This document shows, in pieces, positions 9,371 to 19,812 of a stretch of 64,000 bases of DNA. The stretch lies in NCBI GenBank assembly GCA_000146465.1, contig CP001946.1; one strand, written 5' to 3'. A model generated the notes under the pieces. The model did no database searches, had not been told where the DNA came from, and saw only the letters and a list, made by a program, of their open reading frames with translations. Made by a program: the position numbers and the translations under genes. Position 1 is the stretch's first letter. The number at the start of each line of letters is the position of its first letter.

Positions 9371-11062
9371 CTACTTCCTTGTTCTAATAAACTCTTTTAG
9401 TGTTTCTGGATCTAGGCACAACGAATTGTTCCTAAGGAACTTGAATAGCATTTGGAAGGTCGATGATCTTCTGAATGTTCTGGAATCCCCAATCACCACC
9501 AGCCCTTTTTTACACCGGGTTAGAGCAACATTGAGTCTTTTCTCGTTGTCCAGAAACCCAAATTCGTCTCGGTCGTTGCATCTCACCAGTGTTATTATTA
9601 TATAGTCTCTCTCCTGCCCTTGAAAGCCATCTACGGTAGAGACCTCTACATCCACCATATCCCGAAGAAGTAATACCTGGGAAGTATAGGGCGCTATGAT
9701 TCCAACCTCCTCTCCTTGGAGAGTCTCAACAATGCTTTTTACTATCTCAGCTTCCCCTATATTGGATTTTGAGACCCCGTCGCTTTCATAAAGCTCGAAG
9801 TACTGAGTGTCGACAAACAGAATTAAGCTCTTTCCAAACACCGATGTGTGCTCCTCGGTGATGCTTTTGACTCGTCCATTATAAAATACTTCGTTACTGA
9901 ACTTCAAAAGGCCTGAGGGCATTCTGTACTGCTCATTCAAAAGCATAGTTGGAAGATTAAGGGATTCATATAGAGAGGATGTTTCCGGGCATAGCTGCAT
10001 GGGGTCACCAACAAGGATGAATGTGCTTCCTTTAGAAACAGCAAGAAAAGACTCGGCCTCACATGCCTGGCATGCCTCATCAATCAGAACCCAATCGAAC
10101 TTAGTCTTCTCCTTAAGAGAAGAAAATAACGTGGCAAACACAACAGAGGAGTTTGCTTGCTTCTCTTCAATGAATTTTTTTTGCTTCTCTCTTTTGTCTT
10201 TATAGAAGTTCTTGTCATTTCTCTCTTTCTTCATAAACTTAGTGTGCAACTCTGCCTGCGAATCCAGGTTCAGGTGGCTAAAACCTTTTTCAGAGCTTCC
10301 GAGGCGATAGAAGGAGGGTTGGTTACATGCGAAGTATTTACTCTTCAAAAACCTTTCTATAATGTTGTCGACAGACACATTGCTGGGCCCACATACAAGA
10401 ACCCTTTTGTTGTTGACCAAAAGTTGAGATATTATTTCTACCACTGTTCTTGTCTTTCCAGTCCCCGGAGGCCCGAGTATTTTGTATGGATTGTTGTATT
10501 TTAACATCTCCACTGCTTTCCTTTGGCTTTCGTTCAGAGAGGAGTCATATAGATTGAGACTCCAACTCTCAGCTATTTTGCTGTTTCTTATATCCAGAAT
10601 ATCTTTTTTTAGGTTGTGTGCTTCTTTTGCCCCTCTCCATGATTCTACTATGAAATCATTGAAAGGTTTCCCCAACTTAACAAATCTCTCAAGATTGTCT
10701 AGAAGGACTCTGTTAGTATACTTGAGGTCAAGGACAGCTTCAAAGTCATATCCTTTGAGCTTTCTATTCCCAACGGCCCTAACTATATCCCCTTCAATTC
10801 CCACAACAGTACATCTCACTGGGCCGCTAGGAGTTTGCACGAATAGTTTTTCTTCCTCCTTCAACACTCTAGATATCTTAGTTCTTCTCGACATTGACAC
10901 CACCCTCAGGGAATACAAATAAGCTCCTCCTCTATTTTCCATTGAAGCAAGTTTACACTTGAACTTGGTTGTTGGGCTCTCCTTTTCCTGGGCTTCCAGA
11001 ATTCCTTGTAGATCCTTGCACAAGTGATCCAGATATTCCTTTCTTCGGGAATCTATCTCCAT
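9371..11062 (-). CDS. Upf1-like superfamily-1 helicase, Hcs1/IGHMBP2 (SMUBP-2) type
   Basis: SF1 motifs are present: LNESQRKAVE, GPPGTGKTRTVVEII (Walker A), VLVCGPSNVSVDNI, LIDEACQA, VGDPMQL, LNEQYRM, TVDGFQGQERDYIIITLVR and RLNVALTRCKKGLVVIG. There is no Upf1 CH domain. Confidence 0.8.
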   Translation of the reverse strand: MEIDSRRKEYLDHLCKDLQGILEAQEKESPTTKFKCKLASMENRGGAYLYSLRVVSMSRRTKISRVLKEEEKLFVQTPSGPVRCTVVGIEGDIVRAVGNRKLKGYDFEAVLDLKYTNRVLLDNLERFVKLGKPFNDFIVESWRGAKEAHNLKKDILDIRNSKIAESWSLNLYDSSLNESQRKAVEMLKYNNPYKILGPPGTGKTRTVVEIISQLLVNNKRVLVCGPSNVSVDNIIERFLKSKYFACNQPSFYRLGSSEKGFSHLNLDSQAELHTKFMKKERNDKNFYKDKREKQKKFIEEKQANSSVVFATLFSSLKEKTKFDWVLIDEACQACEAESFLAVSKGSTFILVGDPMQLCPETSSLYESLNLPTMLLNEQYRMPSGLLKFSNEVFYNGRVKSITEEHTSVFGKSLILFVDTQYFELYESDGVSKSNIGEAEIVKSIVETLQGEEVGIIAPYTSQVLLLRDMVDVEVSTVDGFQGQERDYIIITLVRCNDRDEFGFLDNEKRLNVALTRCKKGLVVIGDSRTFRRSSTFQMLFKFLRNNSLCLDPETLKEFIRTRK

Positions 11063-11107
11063 TGACCCCTACATCAGATCAAATTCTATACTACGAAGCC
11101 CATTGGA

Positions 11108-12121
11108 ATGAGTGTCGAGCAAAAGCTTCATTTGATTACAAGAAACCTCCAGGAGGTTCTAGGACTGGAAGAACTGAAAAAAATTGTTTCTGAGAGAAAT
11201 CTAAATGTTTATTGGGGAACAGCCATAACGGGAAGACCACATATAGCCTATTTAGTTCCTCTTATGAAGGTGAAAGATTTTCTAGATGCAGGATGTAATG
11301 TAAAGGTTCTTCTTGCAGACATCCATGGGTTTCTCGACAATCTCAAGGCGCCCATCGAAAAGGTTCAGGACAGATGCATATATTACGAAAAGTTGATAAA
11401 GTCCTGTTTGAAGATGTTGGGAGTAGACCTTGGAAGAATCCAGTTTATCAAGGGAAGTGAGTTTCAGAAATCTAACGAGTATACAATGGACTTGTACAAG
11501 ATCTTGTCCATAACATCTGAGCACGATGCAAAAAAGGCAGGGGCACAGGTTGTCAAGCAGGTCAAAAATCCGATGGTGAGCTCTCTAATATATCCGGCTA
11601 TGCAGGCTCTTGACGAAGTGCATCTATCAGTAGACGCACAGTTTGGAGGAGTCGACCAGAGGAAGATATTCACATATGCCAGGAAATACCTTCCTCTTCT
11701 CAACTACGAGAAAAGAATACATCTGATGAGTCCGATGCTCCCAGGATTGAACTCCGAGAAGATGAGTAGTTCGGACGACCTTTCAAAGATCGATCTTATG
11801 GACTCAAAAGAAACCATCTTCAAGAAGATAAAAAAGTGTTTTTGCGAGGAAGGAAACAAGGAAAATGGGTTAATGAAGATTTTCTCGCATATAATATTTC
11901 CTATCTTTCAACACAAGGGAGAGAACGTTAAGATTACGGATAAAGATGGAAGGGAAATGGAGTTTGAAAAGTACCAGGAATTCGAAAGCGAATTTGTCAG
12001 CAAATCCATCCATCCCGGAGATCTCAAGAGCAACGCAGCAAGGCTCATTGATGGCATCATAAGACCTATCCGAGAGGAGATGGAAGAAGATTTGTCTATG
12101 GTCAGGCGAGCTTACAATTAA
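11108..12121 (+). CDS. tyrosyl-tRNA synthetase (cytoplasmic class I)
   Basis: YWGTAITGRPHIAYLV (HIGH-type) and KMSSS (KMSKS variant) motifs. Overall TyrRS Rossmann-fold order. Confidence 0.9.
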   Translation: MSVEQKLHLITRNLQEVLGLEELKKIVSERNLNVYWGTAITGRPHIAYLVPLMKVKDFLDAGCNVKVLLADIHGFLDNLKAPIEKVQDRCIYYEKLIKSCLKMLGVDLGRIQFIKGSEFQKSNEYTMDLYKILSITSEHDAKKAGAQVVKQVKNPMVSSLIYPAMQALDEVHLSVDAQFGGVDQRKIFTYARKYLPLLNYEKRIHLMSPMLPGLNSEKMSSSDDLSKIDLMDSKETIFKKIKKCFCEEGNKENGLMKIFSHIIFPIFQHKGENVKITDKDGREMEFEKYQEFESEFVSKSIHPGDLKSNAARLIDGIIRPIREEMEEDLSMVRRAYN

Positions 12122-12176
12122 AGACAGGGCTGATGTTTTACTTGCTTGTTAAAAACAAATCTCACATTACCCTGTG

Positions 12177-13298
12177 ATGGAAATACGCCTCTGGCCAAAC
12201 CAGGAGTTCCGAATCGAGGTTAGTGAAACACAAAAGCTGAAAGTGATGGTTGTGTCTGGCTTAGCAGAAATCAAGGGCCAGGAGCTTCTCAATGAAAAGT
12301 GGTACGCATTCAAGGACATAAAGACATTTATATTCACGTTTTCTGGATGCAAGCTCAAAGTGGAGGGAGCATGTGATCTACAATATGTGTCTGGCACGAC
12401 GAATGTCCCTTCGATATTTGGGATCGTCAATTTTTTCTCGAAGAATGGGTTTGACTATAGCAAGCTTAGGACATTCATGGTGGTAGGAAATGGAAGATCA
12501 ACCCTGTGCTTCACACTGATCAACTTCTTTGTGCGAATGGGAAAGAAGGTACTATTCACAGAGATAGATCCATCGAGGGGAAACATATTTCCTGGAGCGC
12601 TAAGCACCATGCACGTAGACACCTTAATCGACTGTATTGAAGGTCTCCGTCTGAAGAACCCGTTATCCTTCTTCTACGGATCCACAGAGATAACAAACAT
12701 GGAGTTGTATGATCTCCAAACAACGAAGCTCCAGGAGGCTATAAAATCCAAAAACATCGATGATCTTCATCTGATACTTTGTCCGGAGGGTGCATCTGCG
12801 TTTTATAACACGTTAATAAAGAGATTTGAGGTCGATAGAGTTATTGTTGTAGGGAATGAAAGGTTATACCACACTCTGGACGTGATAGTGGAAAAGTTGA
12901 TGATCAGTAGAAGCGGTTTTGTTGAAGAAAAGGAAATAGGAAAGAGCATATCCAGATACTTCAAAGGGGTGAATAATGAATATACACCATTTACATTCAA
13001 TGTGAAATACAAGTGGAGGGTTGTGAGAATAGGAGAAATGTATGTTGCACCTGCTAGTGCTTTGCCACTGGGGAGTGCAAGGAAAGTAGGGTGTGTGGAG
13101 GCCTCTGAAGTGGAGATTTCGGAGAATTCTGTCTTAGGGATTTCAGAAGCTAGAGAGATAGAAGATGTTGCAGGATCTCCGGTTCTTGGATATGTGGTTG
13201 TGATTGATACAGGGACATTCAAAATATTATGTACCCAGCCAAGGCTTCCTAAGTATGTTTTTTTGATCCAGGGAGACCTCAAGCATATCGAGTACTAG
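12177..13298 (+). CDS. CLP1: Clp1 polynucleotide kinase / mRNA cleavage factor subunit
   Basis: The N-terminal beta-sandwich (EFRIEVSETQKLKVMVVSGLAEIKGQEL...YAF...TFSGCKLKVEG) is followed by a degenerate P-loop (VVGNGRSTLCFTL) and a C-terminal domain. Track start is GTG 12174. ATG is 12177. Confidence 0.75.
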   Translation: MEIRLWPNQEFRIEVSETQKLKVMVVSGLAEIKGQELLNEKWYAFKDIKTFIFTFSGCKLKVEGACDLQYVSGTTNVPSIFGIVNFFSKNGFDYSKLRTFMVVGNGRSTLCFTLINFFVRMGKKVLFTEIDPSRGNIFPGALSTMHVDTLIDCIEGLRLKNPLSFFYGSTEITNMELYDLQTTKLQEAIKSKNIDDLHLILCPEGASAFYNTLIKRFEVDRVIVVGNERLYHTLDVIVEKLMISRSGFVEEKEIGKSISRYFKGVNNEYTPFTFNVKYKWRVVRIGEMYVAPASALPLGSARKVGCVEASEVEISENSVLGISEAREIEDVAGSPVLGYVVVIDTGTFKILCTQPRLPKYVFLIQGDLKHIEY

Positions 13299-13358
13299 CT
13301 TTCTTAATAAAACATTACAGTTCTCCGACTTTATCCAAACGGAAATTTTGTAAATTCG

Positions 13359-14891
13359 ATGATCCCTTGGATGAACAGAAAGAATCCAGTAAGAGATGCA
13401 GGCTCTATTCTCAGAGATAAATACATTACCTCTCATCTGAACGAGAGTTTGAAGATTGATCATGAATATCCTCCTCTCCAGAAGGTGGGAGGGATAAAAT
13501 ATCTACTACCAAAGATAACAGAGCTTGTATACAACCCACTGTTTGCTAGGGCGAAGTATGACGAGATTGGGATCCATCCGCCCAGTACTCTCCTGCTGCA
13601 TGGTGTTTCTGGGGTTGGGAAGACGTTTCTTGTAAACTGCATAAGCCAGGAGTACAAGCTTCCGATTGTCAAGGCGTGTGTAGACTCCGATAAGGAGCTT
13701 CGTGAGTCATTCAGGAAGTCATCCTTACTCGAGAAGTCGATTGTGCTCATTGAAGACATCGACACTTTAGGAGAGGATGATAAGAAGGTGATATCCCAGC
13801 TTTCCGAGTATCTTGAGAACTACAAAGGAAAGTCGATTGTGATTGCTACTGCTCGAAACCCCGCATTTATTCATGAAAGTCTCAACAAGTTTGAAAATTC
13901 GCTACTGGTGAAAATACCAACGACATCGGAGAGGAGAGAGATCTTGGCCAGTATTACCGACAGAATGAAATGCCAGGATATTGACTGGCTGGAACTTGCA
14001 AAACTTATGCCAGGATTTGTTGGAAGAGACTTGAAGAGAGCCCTTAAGATTGCTTCTACAAAAGCCGTGACTGACGGATCACATGTTATCCGGATGGTGG
14101 ACTTTGAGATGGCGCTAAAGGAGATAAGGTGGAAGGGCACAGACATCACCTTTGATAGTATTGGATCTCTTGAGGAAGTCAAAGACGAGCTCAACATGAG
14201 CATCATCTTTCCGTCCCGATTTCCAGAGAAATTCCACAAGCTTGGGATCACAAGGCCTTCTGGAATACTTCTTTATGGACCTCCTGGATGTGGAAAAACA
14301 TTACTTGTTCGGGCTGTGTCGAACATGAGCCATTGCAACTTCTTGAGCATCAAAGGCCCAGAGCTCATAAGTAAATATGTTGGGGATTCAGAGAAGGAGA
14401 TAAGGAAGCTGTTTGATAAAGCTAAGCAGCTACAGCCATGCGTGTTGTTTTTTGATGAGATAGATTCCCTTTGTGGAGAGAGGAATGGAAACGAATTCAC
14501 CAGTCGCATAGTCAATCAGATATTGACGCTCTTGGACGGGCTTGATGATAGAGGAGATGTGTATGTAATTGGAGCCACCAACAGAATCGAGAGCATTGAT
14601 AAGGCCATATTACGTCCTGGAAGATTCGACAAGATTCTTAAAGTCCCCCTACCATCTAGAGAAGGATGCGTGGATATATTTAGAAAGTGCACCAAGGGAA
14701 TACCCATCGAGCCCTTTGATTTTGAAGGATTAGATTTGGAAGGGTTTAGTGGAGCAGAAATAGCAGGTTTAATTAGAGATGCAGCAATGTTATGCCTGAA
14801 ACGCAACTTCAATGCAGATTCTTTTTTAATATCCAAAGTGGACATCTTGGAAGCGTTGAAGGCCGCAAGAGTTACCAAGGACTTCCGGTAG
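13359..14891 (+). CDS. AAA+ ATPase with two tandem AAA domains (D1 degenerate, D2 canonical); Afg2/Rix7/Pex6-like
   Basis: D1 has LLLHGVSGVGKTF and VLIEDIDTL. D2 has ILLYGPPGCGKTLLV, the Walker B LFFDEIDSL, the sensor GATNR and the arginine finger RPGRFD. Confidence 0.85.
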   Translation: MIPWMNRKNPVRDAGSILRDKYITSHLNESLKIDHEYPPLQKVGGIKYLLPKITELVYNPLFARAKYDEIGIHPPSTLLLHGVSGVGKTFLVNCISQEYKLPIVKACVDSDKELRESFRKSSLLEKSIVLIEDIDTLGEDDKKVISQLSEYLENYKGKSIVIATARNPAFIHESLNKFENSLLVKIPTTSERREILASITDRMKCQDIDWLELAKLMPGFVGRDLKRALKIASTKAVTDGSHVIRMVDFEMALKEIRWKGTDITFDSIGSLEEVKDELNMSIIFPSRFPEKFHKLGITRPSGILLYGPPGCGKTLLVRAVSNMSHCNFLSIKGPELISKYVGDSEKEIRKLFDKAKQLQPCVLFFDEIDSLCGERNGNEFTSRIVNQILTLLDGLDDRGDVYVIGATNRIESIDKAILRPGRFDKILKVPLPSREGCVDIFRKCTKGIPIEPFDFEGLDLEGFSGAEIAGLIRDAAMLCLKRNFNADSFLISKVDILEALKAARVTKDFR

Positions 14892-14972
14892 GCACTTTAA
14901 GCTGATGCCTTCTAAGTTCTCCAAAACCCAATGCAGATAGAGCTACCTAAGATGGAAATGGCTCGTTTATTT

Positions 14973-17882
14973 TTAATAAAAGGTATTGAGCCTATCCAAC
15001 GCCATAATTATTTTGTTTCTATCATATTTTCCAGCTTCAATAAAGTCTTCCAAATCTGCGCTGTTCATGTTGTTTATCACATCGACGTTTATGATTCTGG
15101 TTGTCTTTTCCTGGAAAAATGGTGCCAGTCTACCAGCATGTCTTTCCAGTTCCGTAAGGAGCCCAAGTTCCTCGTTACCCAGAGTAAGGCTCCCTAATAT
15201 TCCAATCCCTCCGTTTCTTGTTGTGAAATAGACAGAGTCAGACCGGGGTAATGACAGAGACCCTGGACACATGCTTGTTATTCTGTCTCCAATAGAAAGC
15301 GTCTCCATATTATAATTTCTGTCCAACATCAGAACCTTCCCATCTGTGGTTGTAAGAATAAGACTTTCTAGGGCGAAAACCATGGATTCTATCTGTTCTT
15401 TACCATTTGAAAGGAAATCTAGGGATAGATGGTTGGTTTCCTCGTTAAATGTAAAGACCCCAAAAGATCTGTAGATACATGAACAGGCAATCTTGCTTCC
15501 ATGCATTGCTATTCTATACGGTATAAAACCTATTTTCATTACACACAGCTCTACAAGGATTCGTGCTTGTCTTTTGTATACATATACATTGTGGTTTCTA
15601 TGTGTTGCCAAGTAATCCCCGTCGGAATCCAATGCATGCACAACACCCTCCCCTGTGCTTTCGTAGACAAGCTTGATACAATTCCCTCTTGTAGAAAACA
15701 TAGCAAGCCTTGAAAAGCTGCCCTCTCTCGAAAGGTTACTTACAACAACAAAGTAATGTCTTGACAGAAACCTTCCATCCATTACTATCTCATCTTGGAG
15801 GAAGAGATTGTGTACATGCCTTTTCACTTTCAAAGAGAGATAGGAATTGATTATCGGATCATTGTCGATGTTGAGGATTGGGCTTACGAGCCCTGTAACT
15901 TCCTTTTCATCATTCATGGCAGAGAACTTCAGCACATATCCATTCCTCGGATCCGTTTCTTGTAGCTTATCTTCAATAGAAATCTTAATTTTGGGAATGG
16001 ATCCAAGATGGCATCTGTAAATGGACTTCCCTACAGAAACATACAGATGATCGGCAACTAAGGCATAAGATATGCCTTCTAGGGAGCATTTATAGCACGA
16101 AAAGTCCTGGAGGTCTATAAATATGCTGGATACCCCAATTCCCATTATGTGCCTTCCAACGGGAATCATGGTTTCAATCATTGTATCAGAAAAGAATGAA
16201 GGCTTAAGAAATAGAAGCTCCCATTTGTTCTCTTCTTCTGTCTCTTTTAATATTGATAAGATGCTTCTGGAACTTGTTTCGGGCTCTTGCCCAAAAGTAA
16301 CTTCATATCCCACCCCATGCATGTCTCCAAAAAAGAGTCTCCCGCCTGCAATGCATACCGATTTCAAGATTTCATGTTTTCTTCTATGAACCACTTGGAG
16401 GTGTTTGTTCATAATAATAAACTCGTCGTAGTATGTTGATATAAACAGGTAGCTATGGAGATAGAGAAGGCTAACTTCGTAAGGGCATTCTACACACTCA
16501 ATGCATTCCATTGTCTCAAGGCATATTGCCTTAAGATTCCTGTCTCCAGTAAACACAATACATAAGCCTTGATGGTAGGAAGAGAGTACTATGTCCTTTA
16601 TCTCCAAACTTGAAATATCCCTTCCTTTCAGACGATACATGTGGTTTTTTGTATTGAAATAGCAGTAGCCATCTATATGTATGTTAAGGATTTCTCCAAA
16701 GTCCTGTTCTTCACTCATACCTTCTCTTAATACTTTCCCTTGGTTTGGATGTGACACAATCAAGACTCCATCTGCTATCCCGAATCTTCGGATAACTCCA
16801 GAAAGATTATATCTTGGTTCTACCGAAAGATCAACTGAATATGTGATCTTCTTAATCGAATTTCTTGAAATATATCTAAATGAAGTCCCAAGGTACGATA
16901 GAGACATTGGACAGGCACCACCTTCAAATGTTTTCAGAACCCTTAACTCTTTTCCTATTTCGAGATGGTAAGAATTTCCACAAGGTGATCCTCCATAGTA
17001 CAGCTTGTCTTCAAGATGAAGCAGAACACTAAACCAGGACCCAAGGTTTCCCAAAACCTCGGTTTTTAGAGATAAACCTTTGTAAGATGCAATTTCATTT
17101 TCACAGGTTTTGTTACTAGTTGGAATATTTCCTTCCAGGGATATGCGTATAATCTCTCCGTCCTCCATTGAGAGCAAAATACTTCCGTCTGCCGCCAGAG
17201 TGTTCTTGATCCCGGGATTTGCAAATTCGCTCTCAAGTACAAACTTGCCTCTCACATAGTAATATAACTTCCCTTCGCCTATAAGGAGCAACCCATCCCC
17301 TATGGCCCTTGCAGATACAAGCCCCTTTCTAAGGAGCATCTTTTCTTTTAGAATCATTTTAGGTTTGGAAGGCGCCATTTGATATCTCGAATAAAAGACG
17401 TCTCCAGAAATGTCTTCTAGCAAAAACCCGACATCACCCTTATTGGAAAATCCGTCAAGAATCTTATAGTATCCAAAGTCATTTACATCATCTCCAAAAA
17501 CAAGTCCTTCGTGGCCCATACTTGCAACAGTAACTGTATCATTTTCCGCAATAAATATAAAATTCTTCGAAGTTCGGATGCATTTGATATAGGATAGAGG
17601 AGCTGGCATCCTTCCGCACACAACTGGCTTGTCTCTACCCATAATGGCATAATCTCCCCTATTGGAAACCAACAGAAATCTTTTTGAACTCCTAAATACC
17701 ACTGGCACAATAAGTGTTACATATCCATTGGGATATATCACATCCACAGGCCTCAGGTCCAGATTGTATATCTCGACTATCATTCCTCTAGTTACCGCGA
17801 TACACGGTTCCCTCTCATATTCAATCCTTGCTCCGGAAACCGCAGAGTCAGGGTCGTTGATGGTTCTCATTGCATAGTGCAT
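14973..17882 (-). CDS. triple beta-propeller scaffold protein of the CPSF160/SF3b3(Rse1)/DDB1 family
   Basis: 969 aa of repeated WD-like blades with no enzymatic motifs. The C-terminal helical tail (ADLEDFIEAGKYDRNKIIMALDRLNTFY) resembles the SF3b3/CPSF-A C-terminus. ATG verified at 17880-17882. Confidence 0.65.
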   Translation of the reverse strand: MHYAMRTINDPDSAVSGARIEYEREPCIAVTRGMIVEIYNLDLRPVDVIYPNGYVTLIVPVVFRSSKRFLLVSNRGDYAIMGRDKPVVCGRMPAPLSYIKCIRTSKNFIFIAENDTVTVASMGHEGLVFGDDVNDFGYYKILDGFSNKGDVGFLLEDISGDVFYSRYQMAPSKPKMILKEKMLLRKGLVSARAIGDGLLLIGEGKLYYYVRGKFVLESEFANPGIKNTLAADGSILLSMEDGEIIRISLEGNIPTSNKTCENEIASYKGLSLKTEVLGNLGSWFSVLLHLEDKLYYGGSPCGNSYHLEIGKELRVLKTFEGGACPMSLSYLGTSFRYISRNSIKKITYSVDLSVEPRYNLSGVIRRFGIADGVLIVSHPNQGKVLREGMSEEQDFGEILNIHIDGYCYFNTKNHMYRLKGRDISSLEIKDIVLSSYHQGLCIVFTGDRNLKAICLETMECIECVECPYEVSLLYLHSYLFISTYYDEFIIMNKHLQVVHRRKHEILKSVCIAGGRLFFGDMHGVGYEVTFGQEPETSSRSILSILKETEEENKWELLFLKPSFFSDTMIETMIPVGRHIMGIGVSSIFIDLQDFSCYKCSLEGISYALVADHLYVSVGKSIYRCHLGSIPKIKISIEDKLQETDPRNGYVLKFSAMNDEKEVTGLVSPILNIDNDPIINSYLSLKVKRHVHNLFLQDEIVMDGRFLSRHYFVVVSNLSREGSFSRLAMFSTRGNCIKLVYESTGEGVVHALDSDGDYLATHRNHNVYVYKRQARILVELCVMKIGFIPYRIAMHGSKIACSCIYRSFGVFTFNEETNHLSLDFLSNGKEQIESMVFALESLILTTTDGKVLMLDRNYNMETLSIGDRITSMCPGSLSLPRSDSVYFTTRNGGIGILGSLTLGNEELGLLTELERHAGRLAPFFQEKTTRIINVDVINNMNSADLEDFIEAGKYDRNKIIMALDRLNTFY

Positions 17883-17958
17883 TGATACAATTTCTGGGTT
17901 CCACTGGAATAAGTTACAACTATTTCATTAAAAATTTTGTTGAGTAAACAAAGGTTGG

Positions 17959-18426
17959 ATGAAGGTTACATATGACTTTGCCGAAACAAAGGACACCGCA
18001 ATAGTGTTTGTATATAAACCCTCTGCAGAAAACATGCATATAGACCCTGTGCTTGAGGGCCCTAGAAGACTCAGACTATCCGAGAATATCTCTATAGACC
18101 TTTATGGAGATGTTTATCCCGAAATCAAAATTAACGAGTCGAAGTTAAGAATGGAAATTCACCTAAGAAAGGTAGAGGCAATAAGATGGGGAGGTATCAG
18201 AGGAAGGCCGATCGAAGAGCCTCAAGACAGCAATAAAGAAAGTGTAATAGAAGATTCCGAGGACGAAGAGAATACTTCTGTAATGGACCTGTTCAGAAAG
18301 ATTTATCAACGATCTGGAGAGGATGTCCGAAGAGCGATGGAGAAGTCTTTCTATGAGTCTGAAGGAACTGTTTTGAGTACAGATTGGGACCAAGTCAAAT
18401 CAAAGAAGATTACCCGGGAAGATTAA
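17959..18426 (+). CDS. SGT1: SGT1-like co-chaperone (CS + SGS domains)
   Basis: The C-terminal SGS signature (MDLFRKIYQRSGEDVRRAMEKSFYESEGTVLSTDWDQV) is nearly canonical. It is preceded by a CS/p23-like beta-sandwich region. Confidence 0.75.
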   Translation: MKVTYDFAETKDTAIVFVYKPSAENMHIDPVLEGPRRLRLSENISIDLYGDVYPEIKINESKLRMEIHLRKVEAIRWGGIRGRPIEEPQDSNKESVIEDSEDEENTSVMDLFRKIYQRSGEDVRRAMEKSFYESEGTVLSTDWDQVKSKKITRED

Positions 18427-18563
18427 ATCCTTATTTCTAGAATCTACGCATTAGACTATCATTGGCACTTTCAAGACATTAATAGACAAGAAAGAATTAA
18501 GAAGCCATTGTACAAAGTTAAAATCTTTTGCTAGCGAGCCATTCAAGAGATCCCGAGATCACC

Positions 18564-18842
18564 CTATTGGTTTATTTCGTTCTGGTGGTATGCTTTCTTC
18601 AACTTCTCGGCTAGGGCATATATATCCCCTTCCGAGCTCTTGAGGGCCACTTTTTCCATGGAATTTCTGAACATTTTTAGATGGTTTTCTCTTTCTGCCT
18701 CTCTGTCTCTTATCTTCGAAAAGTACTCCCAATTTCCTATCGAGTCAATTATCGCCTGGTCTGTCAAAAGAGAATGATCAAGCCCCAGATCTCTTCTTAT
18801 GTCCTCTTGGAAATACTCTATTTCCTCAATAAGCTCCTTCAT
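18564..18842 (-). CDS. small hypothetical acidic/coiled-coil protein (92 aa from first ATG)
   Basis: Track ORF starts at TTG (18897-18899). The first ATG is 18840-18842. No recognised family. Confidence 0.4.
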   Translation of the reverse strand: MKELIEEIEYFQEDIRRDLGLDHSLLTDQAIIDSIGNWEYFSKIRDREAERENHLKMFRNSMEKVALKSSEGDIYALAEKLKKAYHQNEINQ

Positions 18843-18998
18843 GAGGGCACATCCATTATTCCAAATGTCATCTATGTTAATTGTAGTCACACAATACAAA
18901 AATATATTGAGATCAAATTTAATTGCCTGTCAACCATTACACCCACCAAAATTAAATCCGCAAGATACTTTTTGGGAGAGTAAACAATACTCTGATTC

Positions 18999-19697
18999 CT
19001 ACGATGTAACAATACCTAGCAGATGGAACTGTATACAAAACTCTAAGTAAGGGATTACCCAACTATTATATTTTCCGTTAAATATTTCAGATACACCCTT
19101 CATTAATTCAAGAGGAACTCCTTTCGGCACCGAAAAAAACACTTGCTGAACAAGATATTTAACCTCGCTTGAAGCCCTTATGTCGTCTCTTATCCTCTCC
19201 AAAATCTCAAAAATACTCTTGTCTTCATTGGTAACAGCATTTTTCCGGATGTCCATTGCGAGTTGCTGGAACTTTTCCCAAATGTATCGAGAATTTTTCT
19301 TTTCTGGATTGTGGATTAGAAAAGAGTAGTAGGGATCGATTTTGGATCCAAGATTCTGGAACTCCTTAAAATCCTCGGGACTTATACGATAACAAACTTC
19401 AAGTCCTGTACTTATTTCCCATGATCTAACATCCAACAAGAGCCTATCAATATTAGATTCCGTTTCTTTTATTGTTCGCTTAATCTTATTGCCAAAAAGA
19501 TCCTCTCTTGAAAGATATAGCTTTATATCTTCTGAAAAAGAGAATTGAACCATATTTCCATCCGACATGTTCTCCAAAAGATTTCTGATCGTTACCAAAA
19601 TAGAATATACAACAAAGAGCAAGGAGTTCTTACGTGAAGCCATTTCGTTTCCTATATCATCGAGAGCACGAATAATTTCTGCAGTTTGTCCATCCAT
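18999..19697 (-). CDS. hypothetical protein (232 aa)
   Basis: ATG verified at 19695-19697. Clean ORF filling the gap between neighbours. No family recognised. Confidence 0.5.
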   Translation of the reverse strand: MDGQTAEIIRALDDIGNEMASRKNSLLFVVYSILVTIRNLLENMSDGNMVQFSFSEDIKLYLSREDLFGNKIKRTIKETESNIDRLLLDVRSWEISTGLEVCYRISPEDFKEFQNLGSKIDPYYSFLIHNPEKKNSRYIWEKFQQLAMDIRKNAVTNEDKSIFEILERIRDDIRASSEVKYLVQQVFFSVPKGVPLELMKGVSEIFNGKYNSWVIPYLEFCIQFHLLGIVTS

Positions 19698-19812
19698 GGG
19701 CTATGATGAATAGTTTTATCAAATATAGAAAATGATTAATCCATTTATTTCTTGATCAAACTCCGTTTCGATTGATATGGAAAGACGGATGCTTAGAAGT
19801 AGAGCCTTAAAT

